A DNA stretch of 64,000 nt from a virus. Shown here piece after piece: positions 31,507 through 41,118 of the stretch (the first letter of the stretch is position 1; each line of letters starts with the position of its first letter). Made by a program: the position numbers and the translations under genes. The notes beneath the pieces were generated by a model. The model did no database searches, was not told the DNA's origin, and was given only the letters and a program-made list of their open reading frames with translations. Location: IMG/VR virus record IMGVR_UViG_3300034062_007046, positions 18,846-82,845 of that record. The stretch is one strand, 5' to 3'.

Positions 31507-32610
31507 ATGAGTTTAGAATTAAATTGGTCATGCTCTGGTAGCGTTTCTGGCGAGATGGTGAACGTCGTGAACCCACGCGCCTCTACCTCTGCTGACGCAG
31601 TTAATGGTCCAGCATGGAATTTGTGGTGGATGAAGGAACGTATGAAAGAAGTCGGTTGGACTGTTGTTAGTTCATCAGATTCACAAAGCACAGGCTCCAG
31701 TGATTTGTGGGGTAGCACATTTGATGCTACATTAAGAAGTAGCAAAAATAGCAAAGTCTTTTATCATGCTACTGGCGCTCCCCATTCATGGATAGTTCTT
31801 CAAGCCCCATCTGGTTCTGCTTCGGATTATTATTTTATTATTGATTATACGTCAGCTGATGTTATTTCTAATAAAGCGCAATTTACGGTCACCAAAGGTC
31901 CAATTGGTGGCGGTACAACGTCTACACGACCAACTGGTTCTGCGGATTTCGGCATTAACTCAAACGCAAATGCTGGTGCGCCAACACTGATTATTTTTGA
32001 TAATTATACAAGCACAACAGCCCAACACAGAGTTAATTTTCAATATACAAGCGATGGGGCTTTTATGTTTTCTGAAGTACAAGTTGGTAAAGGAAAATTT
32101 ACAAACTTTTTATCATTCCTGCCATTACAAAATACTCATGCGGCGGATCAATTTAAGTGGGTGTTAGTAGGATTAGACATTTATGCTGGTGCTGATGGCG
32201 GAAGTGCTTTTTACAATTTTGGTATTACTGGTCAGCCACTTTACACAGAAGGGTCTAACGCTATTTCAGGACGATCACATGATGGCGCAACCGCGCTTAA
32301 TTTAGCTGGTGCCATTCCAGCCGTAATCCCAGAAGGCGGCTCAATAGGCACTGGTATTTTATTTAATAGCGTTTTAACAGCACCAAACGCCTCTGATGCT
32401 ACATATAGTGATTTTCCAATAACGGTTGTCAACGTCGCAAATGGTCCAGTTGAATTAAAAGGCAGACTACCAGACATTACTTGGACAAGCGTTTCCATTC
32501 CAAACGGAGCAGTAACGCCTGTTAAATCCGTTGCTGCTGACACTTACGAAAGAACAAAGTATTTAATGATGTGGTTGCCTTGGACATCAGTAGACGCTCC
32601 AATTCTATAG
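31507..32610 (+). CDS. Putative virion/fibre-associated protein
   Basis: GGAG SD; Gly/Ser/Thr-rich beta-type sequence in the fibre cluster. Confidence 0.5.
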   Translation: MSLELNWSCSGSVSGEMVNVVNPRASTSADAVNGPAWNLWWMKERMKEVGWTVVSSSDSQSTGSSDLWGSTFDATLRSSKNSKVFYHATGAPHSWIVLQAPSGSASDYYFIIDYTSADVISNKAQFTVTKGPIGGGTTSTRPTGSADFGINSNANAGAPTLIIFDNYTSTTAQHRVNFQYTSDGAFMFSEVQVGKGKFTNFLSFLPLQNTHAADQFKWVLVGLDIYAGADGGSAFYNFGITGQPLYTEGSNAISGRSHDGATALNLAGAIPAVIPEGGSIGTGILFNSVLTAPNASDATYSDFPITVVNVANGPVELKGRLPDITWTSVSIPNGAVTPVKSVAADTYERTKYLMMWLPWTSVDAPIL

Positions 32611-32618
32611 GATAAAGT

Positions 32619-32996
32619 ATGTCAGCTACAGAAATTACAACATTTAATGATTTAAGCATTTCTACCAATAATAGAAATTTTATTATTGAATCGCTAAATG
32701 ATAACTCTGTAGCAACAATAAATTTTTCTAATAAAACATATTCTTTGGAAGAAGATAAATTTTTATTAGATAGTAAAGAGTTTGCGAATCATAACTATAG
32801 ATTAGAAAGCAAATTTTTTGCTACTATGCAATTTAGTGCCCCAGCTGCGAATAATCTACGATATAATATGCGTGCAAGAAAAGTTTCTGATAATACTTTT
32901 ATTTATTGGAGAACAACAGCAGTAGATTCAAGCGGCGCAGAGAGTGGGTTTAATGTTAATGAAATTTATGATATCTGTGTGTTAGGCTATAACTAA
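32619..32996 (+). CDS. Hypothetical protein
   Basis: 125 aa ORF with AGGA SD inside the operon. Confidence 0.55.
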   Translation: MSATEITTFNDLSISTNNRNFIIESLNDNSVATINFSNKTYSLEEDKFLLDSKEFANHNYRLESKFFATMQFSAPAANNLRYNMRARKVSDNTFIYWRTTAVDSSGAESGFNVNEIYDICVLGYN

Positions 32997-33007
32997 AAGG
33001 GAATAAA

Positions 33008-35365
33008 ATGGCAAGAAAAATAAAAATACTAACCGATGTTGACGGAAAGCAAGATTTAGCAGTTAGCGGAGCATTAACTGTAAAGGCTGATTCTACTTTC
33101 GTTATTCCTTCTATTTCAACATCGTCTGATGGTTTTTATTCCTTAAACAATGCTATACACAAGATAGATCAATCCTTACAAGAAGTTAACGCAAGAGTTG
33201 TTAGCTCTGTAGGAAACGTCCTTGGGCAATATAACGCAAGCCGTTACGTCTTTAGCGGCTACTTTAGTGAATCTGGTTCAGCTACTATAAATTTAACAAG
33301 AGGTTCACCATCAGGTTCTGTGTATTTTACAGAAAGCGAGATTGGTAATTTATCAGTAAATATCTTAACCGATTTTGATGGCGATGGTATTTTTACTAAT
33401 AATCTTGTCCCATTTCAATTACGCCCAGCAAGCGGAGATTTATTTTTAGATATTAGTGCGCCAAGCGCTCCATATGTAATGTATAAGGCGACTGTTACAA
33501 ACGATTCAGCGATTGTAGACATCCCAGCTCAAAATGATGTTTATTTAGTTCAAAACTCTGGGTCTTCCACCGTTGACGCGCAGACAGTTCTTTTAGATTC
33601 GACAAAGCTTTATAATAAAAATATTAGAAATTTTTATGTTTCCCCAACTGGCTCCGATGATAACGATGGACTTACTTTAACAAGCTCATTTGCCACAATT
33701 CAAAAAGCAGTAGACTCTATCCCTACCTATAATAACGCAGCAGCAACAAGAGTGCAGTATCATACTATTGTAAATATTGCAAGCGGGACGTACAACGAAA
33801 AAATAAATATTTTAAATAAAGGATATTCTGGTAATGACAGCAACCTTTTAGTTTTATTTAAAGGAGCGACACAAGCAGTTTACGAGAATCTATCGCCTAT
33901 TTCGCAAACTTCAACAGATGCTGATTCTGGGGATACAAACGGTTTCAGATCTCTTTTGCTAAATTTTTCAAGCCCACCAGCTAATAATTCACTTAAAGGT
34001 TTCTATATCAACAGAAGAACAAATCCTTTTACTTCTGATATATTAATAACTGGTAATTCGGGCAGCACAATACATACAAATAATACAACCTACTCGTCTT
34101 ATTTTGGTTATAGCGACTATTATATTATCAGGAACGTCAGCACAGTAAACGGCTACTTTAGATCTGCTGGTAATCAAGGTGTTATAAGTTTTAAGAATAT
34201 TAATTTAAATGTACCATTAAATGATGGCGGTGGCACTGACACTTACTTCTTTTCTTCTGTTTATCATCCAGTAGGCGTTGTTGATGAAAACAATTCGGGT
34301 CAAATAGCTGGCACTGGTCTACAGGCAAGGTACGGCTCATATTCTAACGATGAGATCCGTATATCTTCCTGTAACATAATTAATCTTGTTCAACCAACTG
34401 GTAGTTCTGCTGCGAGATTAGTTTTAGGTCCAAAAACATATTTAGCGTATGTTTATTTTTCAAGCTTGTATCCGAGTGCTTCTATTTATTCTTCATATAG
34501 TCAAGTAGATTCATTTAATGCAGTAGCATGCTATTTTGAAAATATTGGTTTAAATTTTACAAGCGTACCTCTTATAGATCTACGTAGCTCTTTTACAAAC
34601 AATTGTTCCTTGACTTTTACATCTTGCGACAGCGTAACGCTACCAAGAAAAATGATAAGCAATAAAGCATCAGGCGATAGAGTTTCACTATATAGTTCAG
34701 TGGTTGGGTCGAATCCAAACGATTCAGTTTACTATAAAAGCATTGGTTTCGATGGCTACAATCAGTCATTTTTAAATTTAGTTTCACCAATGACAGCACA
34801 TGGACCATTTTTTAGATTTATAAATGCGACAAATAATACCTTCATAGAATTTGGAGCGGTTAGTTCGACTTCTTCTCTATCTGGCACAAGCAATTCCGAT
34901 TATCTAATGTTGTTAAATGGTAAATGTAACCTAAATATTAACTCTGTATTAGATTTAAGAAATGTTTATAGCGCAATTACAACGCCTTTTATTGCTTCTT
35001 TTAAAAGCGACATTAGAATATCTTACTATAATCCTTTATTCGCTGCTTCTGGTAGCGCAAATTACAGATCAAATGGTGATTTTCGAGCAGATGACAAAAA
35101 TTATTTTTATTCTGAATTGCCTATTATTACTGCTGAAACAACAAAAGTAGATAATCGTTTAAATATAGCAAATACTAAAATGGATTATCAATATCCAATT
35201 GAAACAAACAAAAATATTACTTTAACTGGGTCTGCACAATTGATAAGCTCTTTGGTAAAATTAACTCCATATACAACGTTACCCGCTGGTTCGTTAGGGT
35301 TAATGGCTGTAAGCGGCACAACGTTGTATTTCCATAATGGTACAAGCTGGACAGCTATAACATAA
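33008..35365 (+). CDS. Tailspike/receptor-binding protein with beta-helix-like region
   Basis: 'YVSPTGSDDNDGL..FATIQKAVD..VNIASGTYNE' is the cap motif preceding pectin-lyase-like beta-helices; C-terminal 'LYFHNGTSW'. Confidence 0.65.
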   Translation: MARKIKILTDVDGKQDLAVSGALTVKADSTFVIPSISTSSDGFYSLNNAIHKIDQSLQEVNARVVSSVGNVLGQYNASRYVFSGYFSESGSATINLTRGSPSGSVYFTESEIGNLSVNILTDFDGDGIFTNNLVPFQLRPASGDLFLDISAPSAPYVMYKATVTNDSAIVDIPAQNDVYLVQNSGSSTVDAQTVLLDSTKLYNKNIRNFYVSPTGSDDNDGLTLTSSFATIQKAVDSIPTYNNAAATRVQYHTIVNIASGTYNEKINILNKGYSGNDSNLLVLFKGATQAVYENLSPISQTSTDADSGDTNGFRSLLLNFSSPPANNSLKGFYINRRTNPFTSDILITGNSGSTIHTNNTTYSSYFGYSDYYIIRNVSTVNGYFRSAGNQGVISFKNINLNVPLNDGGGTDTYFFSSVYHPVGVVDENNSGQIAGTGLQARYGSYSNDEIRISSCNIINLVQPTGSSAARLVLGPKTYLAYVYFSSLYPSASIYSSYSQVDSFNAVACYFENIGLNFTSVPLIDLRSSFTNNCSLTFTSCDSVTLPRKMISNKASGDRVSLYSSVVGSNPNDSVYYKSIGFDGYNQSFLNLVSPMTAHGPFFRFINATNNTFIEFGAVSSTSSLSGTSNSDYLMLLNGKCNLNINSVLDLRNVYSAITTPFIASFKSDIRISYYNPLFAASGSANYRSNGDFRADDKNYFYSELPIITAETTKVDNRLNIANTKMDYQYPIETNKNITLTGSAQLISSLVKLTPYTTLPAGSLGLMAVSGTTLYFHNGTSWTAIT

Positions 35366-35374
35366 AGGCTTTTT

Positions 35375-35899
35375 ATGATATTAGGATTAGATATAAGTAC
35401 ATCAATAACTGGGTTCACTGTTCTTACAGAAGATGGTCATATTTTACATAATGAAATGATTGATCTAAGAAAATTAGATTCAATGTTCAAAAAAGCCCAG
35501 ACTGTAAAGGAACGCTTAATAGAGATAAAAAATTTATATAACATTAAAGACGTTTATATTGAGCAATCCCTTAACGCATTTCGACCAGGTTTAAGTAGCG
35601 CACAAGTCATCTTGACGCTCGGTAAATTTAATGGTATAGTTAGTTGGATATGTTGCGAAATTTTTAAAAAAGAGCCTGAATACATCGGAGCGTCTTCTGC
35701 CCGTAAAAAACTTGATATTAAAGTTGAAAAAGGCGAAAATGCAAAAGAAGTGGTACTGAAGAAAATTTTAGAGCTTGAACCCAAATTTAAAGTAGAGTAT
35801 ACTGCTCATGGTAATCCAAAGCCCGGTACATATGACCGTGCAGATAGTTATGTGATTGCAAAGGCTGGCTATATTCTATGTCAGAAACAAAAAAGTTAA
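35375..35899 (+). CDS. ruvC: RuvC-like Holliday junction resolvase
   Basis: 'ILGLDISTSITG', 'VYIEQ' and 'DRADS' RNase H-fold catalytic motifs. Confidence 0.8.
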   Translation: MILGLDISTSITGFTVLTEDGHILHNEMIDLRKLDSMFKKAQTVKERLIEIKNLYNIKDVYIEQSLNAFRPGLSSAQVILTLGKFNGIVSWICCEIFKKEPEYIGASSARKKLDIKVEKGENAKEVVLKKILELEPKFKVEYTAHGNPKPGTYDRADSYVIAKAGYILCQKQKS

Positions 35900-36822
35900 A
35901 TATCTTAAAAGAAATATTAGGCGATTACAATCGCGTTGGGAATGAGCATCTTTTCTTTTGTCCAAAGTGTAAACACCATAAGAAAAAACTTAGCATCAAT
36001 CTATCAAAAGATAAGTTTAAATGTTGGGTATGTGATTGGAATGGCTCTACTATCCGCAGAATTGTCATTCGCTATGGCAGTTTTAGCCATAATCGCAATT
36101 GGAATGAACTTCACGGAATTGTTGAAATATCAGATTACGATAAAATTTTCGATGCACCAGATACAACAGAAGAAAAAACAATACTTCCAGAACTTCCACC
36201 AGAGTTTCAAACGCTTTGTAATCGGGATCAATCGCTAACTTCGCTACCAGTGCGTAGATATTTGCGTGAACGTGGTATTTCGCAGCAAGATATCATGTTT
36301 TGGAAGATGGGATATGCAGTTTCTGGAGAATATGAAAATCGCGTCATCATTCCATCCTTCAATAATGAAGGCAAAATCAATTATTACGTCGGCAGACGTT
36401 ATGACGGCGGCGGCTGGTCGAAGTATAAAAACCCCGATGTAAGCAAAGATCTGGTATTTAATGAACTTTATGTTGATTGGAGCAGCGATGTTACAATCGT
36501 AGAAGGTGTTTTTGACGCAATTAAAGCGCGTAATGCTATTCCAATCCTTGGATCTACGATGCGTGAAAGCTCAAAGCTGTTCAGAGATATCATAAAGCAC
36601 GACCCAGCGATCTATATTGCATTAGACCCAGACGCCGAAAAGAAAGCAGAACGTTTGATTCTTGATTTACTGCAATACGATGCAGAAATTTACAAAGTTC
36701 CAATACCATATGGTATGGATGTTGGAGATATGTCACACGAACAATTCTTGGAATGCAAACGGAACGCTAAACTAATTAATGGAAAAGATTATTTTCTCTT
36801 AAATAAGTTGGTAAACCTATGA
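35878..36822 (+). CDS. DNA primase (zinc finger + TOPRIM)
   Basis: CPKC..CWVC zinc finger, 'YLRERGI', 'RVIIP', 'KYKNP', 'IVEGVFD', 'ALDPDA'. Confidence 0.85.
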   Translation: MSETKKLNILKEILGDYNRVGNEHLFFCPKCKHHKKKLSINLSKDKFKCWVCDWNGSTIRRIVIRYGSFSHNRNWNELHGIVEISDYDKIFDAPDTTEEKTILPELPPEFQTLCNRDQSLTSLPVRRYLRERGISQQDIMFWKMGYAVSGEYENRVIIPSFNNEGKINYYVGRRYDGGGWSKYKNPDVSKDLVFNELYVDWSSDVTIVEGVFDAIKARNAIPILGSTMRESSKLFRDIIKHDPAIYIALDPDAEKKAERLILDLLQYDAEIYKVPIPYGMDVGDMSHEQFLECKRNAKLINGKDYFLLNKLVNL

Positions 36823-37265
36823 AAATCAAAACAAGTTTTATAAAACAGTTAATAAAAGAAGAAGTAAGAAAAGTTCTTTATGGTGATCCTATTAAACAAA
36901 AAGTTATTCACTTATTCGTAAAAGCAAGAGATGGCATGGATGATCCTGCTAATAAACAAGATTTTATACAGGATTTAATTCAATCTCTTGAAATGATTGG
37001 AGTTACGCCAAATAAGGCTATTGATCTGTTATCTCCAGAAGAGATAGATCAAAATTTTTATATTCGTTGCAATGAGATTCACAATGAAATTGTAAAAATA
37101 ACTGGTGGTAAGAAAAGAAATATAAATGCATTTGCCCACTTTCCAAGGATAGATCACGATCCAAATATTGATCAAGATCCAGATTTTATGCGTAAGCCAA
37201 AAAATGCTGCCGCTTATGATCAGCTGGACACAAGAAAGCACACAAAGAATTTAATACAGCCGTAG
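36819..37265 (+). CDS. Hypothetical protein with N-terminal 'KQLIKEE' motif (possible internal head protein)
   Basis: Preceded by ACTAATTAA at 36771-36779 inside the primase gene; N-terminus resembles those of 47336 and 52457. Confidence 0.55.
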   Translation: MKIKTSFIKQLIKEEVRKVLYGDPIKQKVIHLFVKARDGMDDPANKQDFIQDLIQSLEMIGVTPNKAIDLLSPEEIDQNFYIRCNEIHNEIVKITGGKKRNINAFAHFPRIDHDPNIDQDPDFMRKPKNAAAYDQLDTRKHTKNLIQP

Positions 37266-37291
37266 ACAAGAATATATACTTGTTGTATACT
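37263..37291 (+). promoter_or_regulatory. Sigma70-type (early) promoter for the Mre11-Rad50 gene
   Basis: TAGACA-17 nt-TATACT; inverted repeat ACAAG..CTTGT (37266-37283) spans the -35 end and the spacer. Confidence 0.6.
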
Positions 37292-37292
37292 G

Positions 37293-37323
37293 GTCCCGTT
37301 AGTGTCCCTAACGGGACTTTTTT
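37293..37323 (+). terminator. Rho-independent terminator
   Basis: GTCCCGTTAG-TGTCC-CTAACGGGAC followed by T6. Confidence 0.8.
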
Positions 37324-37334
37324 ATGAGGCATAA

Positions 37335-40300
37335 ATGAAAATTGCTCACATAGCAGATACGCACATCAAAAATCTTAAATATCACGATGAATATCGTGAA
37401 GTTTTCAGTAAAATGTACGACATTCTACGCTCCGAAGGAGTAGATTATATCGTTCATTGTGGCGATATTGCCCACACAAAGACGCAAATTTCACCAGAAT
37501 TTGTTGAAATGGCTGGTGATTTCTTCAAAAATCTTGCCTCTATTGCCCCAACCTATATTATTCTCGGTAACCATGATGGCAACCTACGAAACGATAGCCG
37601 TCAAGATGCAATTACACCCATTGTAAAAGCTCTAAATTTACAAAATCTTTACCTTTTAAAAGATGCTGGCGAGATTTCTGTAAATGATCGGCTTTCTTTT
37701 AACGTTATGAGCGTATTTGACGAGAAAAATTGGGTCAAACCAAGCGATCCAAACAAGATTAACGTTGCTCTTTTCCACGGATCTGTTGCTGGTGTTCAAA
37801 CAGACATTGGTTATGTCATGGAACACGGAGATTATTCTGTAGATATCTTTGCTGGACACGATTTTGCGATGCTTGGCGACATTCACAAAACCAATCAAGT
37901 GTTGGATTTGGAAGGAAGAGTAAGATATCCTGGTTCTACCGTGCAGCAAAACTTCGGCGAAACAGACGATAAGGGTTTTTTGATCTGGAATATTGAAACC
38001 AAGGACAAGTTTAGCTGCAAGCACTACGCAATTTCAAATCCACGCCCCTTTTTTACTATTACTCTTGATGACAGTGGACAAATTCCAGATGTTTCTGTGA
38101 AAAATGGCGCACGTATCCGTATTGTTGCTGATAAAAGCGTGTCGTTAGATAAGATCAAGAAGGCTACAGAAGTCGTTAAGAGCAAATACAGCCCCGAAAG
38201 CGTTACATTCGTTAACAAAGCTACAGCAAGCGCCAGCGACCATGAATTAGTATCAAATGTTGTGACGCATAGCGAGAACTTACGTGATCTTTCTGTCCAA
38301 GAGAAGCTGATTCGTAATTATCTAAAGGATTTCAAAGCCGAAGATGTTGTTTTGGACAAAGTTGTTGCTCTAAACAAGAAGTTTTCTTCATATCTTGAAG
38401 AGAACGAAGAAGTTTTGCGTAATGTTAATTGGAAGCTAAAGACTCTTGAATGGGATAATCTGTTCAATTATGGCGAAGGCAACAAGATTAACTTTGAAAA
38501 TCTGGAGGGGATTGTCGGTATCTTTGGAAAAAACTATAGCGGCAAAAGCTCAGTGATTGATTCACTGCTATACACGGTTTATAATACAACATCAAAGAAC
38601 AATCGTAAGAATATTAACGTTATTAATCAAAATCGTGATAAAGGCGCTGGTAAAGTAGAGGTTGAAATTGACGACGAGCTTTATACGATCAAAAGAACAT
38701 CAGAAAAATATACAAAAAAGCTTAAAGGCGTAGCAACCACAGAGGCAAAGACTGACGTAGAGTTTACCACAAGCGGTGAATCACTAAATGGTCTTGCTCG
38801 TAACGACACGGACAAGAATATTCGTCGTTTTTTTGGAACAATTGATGACTTTTTCTTGACTTCTATGGCAAGTCAATTTGGTTATTTATCATTTATTGGT
38901 GAAGGTTCTACAAAACGTAAAGAAATCCTGGCAAAGTTTCTTGATCTTGAGAATTTTGAGAAGAAATACAAGCTTGCAAAAGAAGAATCATCAGAAGTTA
39001 AGAGCCTCTTGAAGAAACTTGAAGGCAATGATTATGATAGAGATATTGCAACAGCTGAATTAGAGGTTGTTGCAGCAGATAATCTTCTAAAGCAAAAGTC
39101 CGATGAAGCCGAAAGCATCAAACTTTCTATTGATAGCTTGAATGAAAAGCTTTGTACGCTAAATAAATCGTTAAATAGCATCCCCACTGAAATTATTGAC
39201 TATAATGCAGAGTCTTTAAGGGCTGTCCAAATCGAAATGGATATTGGACACCACCTTGAAGCAAATCAGCAGATGCAAATAGAAAACGATAGTGCTAAAA
39301 ACGCTATTAAAAAAGCAGATGAGCTGCTTTCAGCGATTAATTCAACTGATATTACCAGGGATCAAGAAGAATTGGAGAGATTGAACGCAAAGATTCTTCC
39401 ATTAGAGAAAGAAATTTCATCTATTTCAGCTCAATTAAGTGGCGCAAAGCATAAATTAGAACTTTTAGATAGTGTTCCATGCGGAGATTCATTCCCAAGC
39501 TGCAAATTCATTAAGGATGCGTTCGGATCTAAGAAGTTATATCCAGAACTAAAGAAAAAATCAGATGATAAAAGTGAAGAACTAACAGAATTAAGCAAGA
39601 AATATGATGAACTTGACGAACAAGTCGCTGACTTGTTTAACAAAAAGACTAAAATTACCCAAAAAAGATTAGAGATTGAGAAAAAATTAACCTCAAACGA
39701 GCTAAAAATTGAAAAAAATAATGTTGCTATTGAAAAAAAGACAAAAGAGCTTGAAGATCTTAAAAGAAAACTCGAAAACTATGCTAATAACAGAGAAGCT
39801 ATTGAAAACTGCCAATTATTATTCAACAATCGTGAAATTTGTCGCTTTCAACTTGGTTCTTCAACAAAAGATCTCAAGCGATGTGAAGCAGAAATCATCG
39901 AAGCTCATAGAAAAAATGGTTCAGCAACAGAAAGAGTGGAGATCTTAAAGAAGCAAAAGGCTGATCTTGAAAATTTGCGTAAGGAATACGCCGCATACGA
40001 TCTTTTTCAAGCTTGTATGCATCCAAGCGGCATTTCTTATGAGATTATCAAGCAAAAGCTACCAGAGATCAATGCAGAAATTGCTAAAATTCTAACAAAT
40101 ATTGTAGAATTTGGCGTTTATCTTGAGAATGATGATGATAAATTGGATATTTTTATCAAACATCCTAAATACGATGCACGCCCATTAGAAATGGGCAGCG
40201 GTGCAGAAAAAACAATCGCATCAACAGCAATAAGATTAGCACTTTTGAATGTAACAACGCTTCCAAAAGGTGATATCTTCATCTTAGATGAACCTGGGAC

Positions 40301-40466
40301 TGCGTTAGACGAAGAAAATATGGATGGCTTTGTACGTATCTTAGAACTAATTAAGACATATTTCAAAACTGTCATACTTATTTCACATTTAGACAGTTTA
40401 AAAGACTGTGTTGATATGCAAATTTCAATTGAAAAGATAAATGGATACGCGCATATTGACCAATGA
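37335..40466 (+). CDS. Fused Mre11/SbcD nuclease - Rad50/SbcC ATPase (T4 gp47-gp46 fusion)
   Basis: Metallophosphoesterase motifs ADTH, GD, GNHD, FHG, GDIH, YPGS. Walker A GKNYSGKSS, coiled coil, signature GSGAE, Walker B FILDE, H-loop ISH. Confidence 0.9.
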   Translation: MKIAHIADTHIKNLKYHDEYREVFSKMYDILRSEGVDYIVHCGDIAHTKTQISPEFVEMAGDFFKNLASIAPTYIILGNHDGNLRNDSRQDAITPIVKALNLQNLYLLKDAGEISVNDRLSFNVMSVFDEKNWVKPSDPNKINVALFHGSVAGVQTDIGYVMEHGDYSVDIFAGHDFAMLGDIHKTNQVLDLEGRVRYPGSTVQQNFGETDDKGFLIWNIETKDKFSCKHYAISNPRPFFTITLDDSGQIPDVSVKNGARIRIVADKSVSLDKIKKATEVVKSKYSPESVTFVNKATASASDHELVSNVVTHSENLRDLSVQEKLIRNYLKDFKAEDVVLDKVVALNKKFSSYLEENEEVLRNVNWKLKTLEWDNLFNYGEGNKINFENLEGIVGIFGKNYSGKSSVIDSLLYTVYNTTSKNNRKNINVINQNRDKGAGKVEVEIDDELYTIKRTSEKYTKKLKGVATTEAKTDVEFTTSGESLNGLARNDTDKNIRRFFGTIDDFFLTSMASQFGYLSFIGEGSTKRKEILAKFLDLENFEKKYKLAKEESSEVKSLLKKLEGNDYDRDIATAELEVVAADNLLKQKSDEAESIKLSIDSLNEKLCTLNKSLNSIPTEIIDYNAESLRAVQIEMDIGHHLEANQQMQIENDSAKNAIKKADELLSAINSTDITRDQEELERLNAKILPLEKEISSISAQLSGAKHKLELLDSVPCGDSFPSCKFIKDAFGSKKLYPELKKKSDDKSEELTELSKKYDELDEQVADLFNKKTKITQKRLEIEKKLTSNELKIEKNNVAIEKKTKELEDLKRKLENYANNREAIENCQLLFNNREICRFQLGSSTKDLKRCEAEIIEAHRKNGSATERVEILKKQKADLENLRKEYAAYDLFQACMHPSGISYEIIKQKLPEINAEIAKILTNIVEFGVYLENDDDKLDIFIKHPKYDARPLEMGSGAEKTIASTAIRLALLNVTTLPKGDIFILDEPGTALDEENMDGFVRILELIKTYFKTVILISHLDSLKDCVDMQISIEKINGYAHIDQ

Positions 40467-40476
40467 GGAAAATTAC

Positions 40477-40722
40477 ATGGGGATAATAGAAGATATGAAA
40501 AAAGAAGTAAAAAAAGAATTAAAAGAACAAGAGAATGATCGTGGATTATTAGATATAATCACAGCAAAGGCTATTTCAAGAAAACTTTTAGTATGGATTA
40601 CGGCTTCTGTATTTTTAGGTCTTGGAAAAATCACTCCCGATGAGTGGACGGCTATATCTTTAGGATACGTAGGAGTCGAAGGGTTTGCTGACTTAGCTTC
40701 TAAGTGGAAATTTGGTAAATAG
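40477..40722 (+). CDS. Putative holin (two TM segments)
   Basis: 'SRKLLVWITASVFLGLG' and 'WTAISLGYVGVEG'; GAGG SD supports the start at 40477. Confidence 0.5.
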   Translation: MGIIEDMKKEVKKELKEQENDRGLLDIITAKAISRKLLVWITASVFLGLGKITPDEWTAISLGYVGVEGFADLASKWKFGK

Positions 40723-40731
40723 GAAAAAATA

Positions 40732-41118
40732 ATGGAAAAATTAAAAGCTTTATTTTTAAAAATTAAAAAATGGATATGGCTTGCGATAGCTGGAATTGTT
40801 ATTGCATTTGTAGCTTGGAAAAAACATTTACAATCCGAAACTAATTCGCAGCTTGCTAATAAAGAGGAAGAAATAAAAAACAAGGCTGATGAAAAATTAG
40901 TAGTAGAAACAACTAAATTAGAAGAAGAAAAAAAGAAAGAGTTAAATAGGATAGAAGAAGAAAAAAAGAAAAAAGAGTCTGAGTTAGCAGCGCAGGAGCT
41001 AAAAGAAAAAATAAGATTAACAAAATTAGCTAAAGAAAATAGAGAAGAATTTAAAAAAGAAGTAGCTAAAAAAACAGGAGTTGCTGAGAAAAAGAAAGGA
41101 AGACCTAAGAAGAGATGA
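40732..41118 (+). CDS. Putative i-spanin-like protein (N-terminal TM + coiled coil)
   Basis: 'WIWLAIAGIVIAFVAW' followed by a K/E-rich coil. Confidence 0.45.
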   Translation: MEKLKALFLKIKKWIWLAIAGIVIAFVAWKKHLQSETNSQLANKEEEIKNKADEKLVVETTKLEEEKKKELNRIEEEKKKKESELAAQELKEKIRLTKLAKENREEFKKEVAKKTGVAEKKKGRPKKR

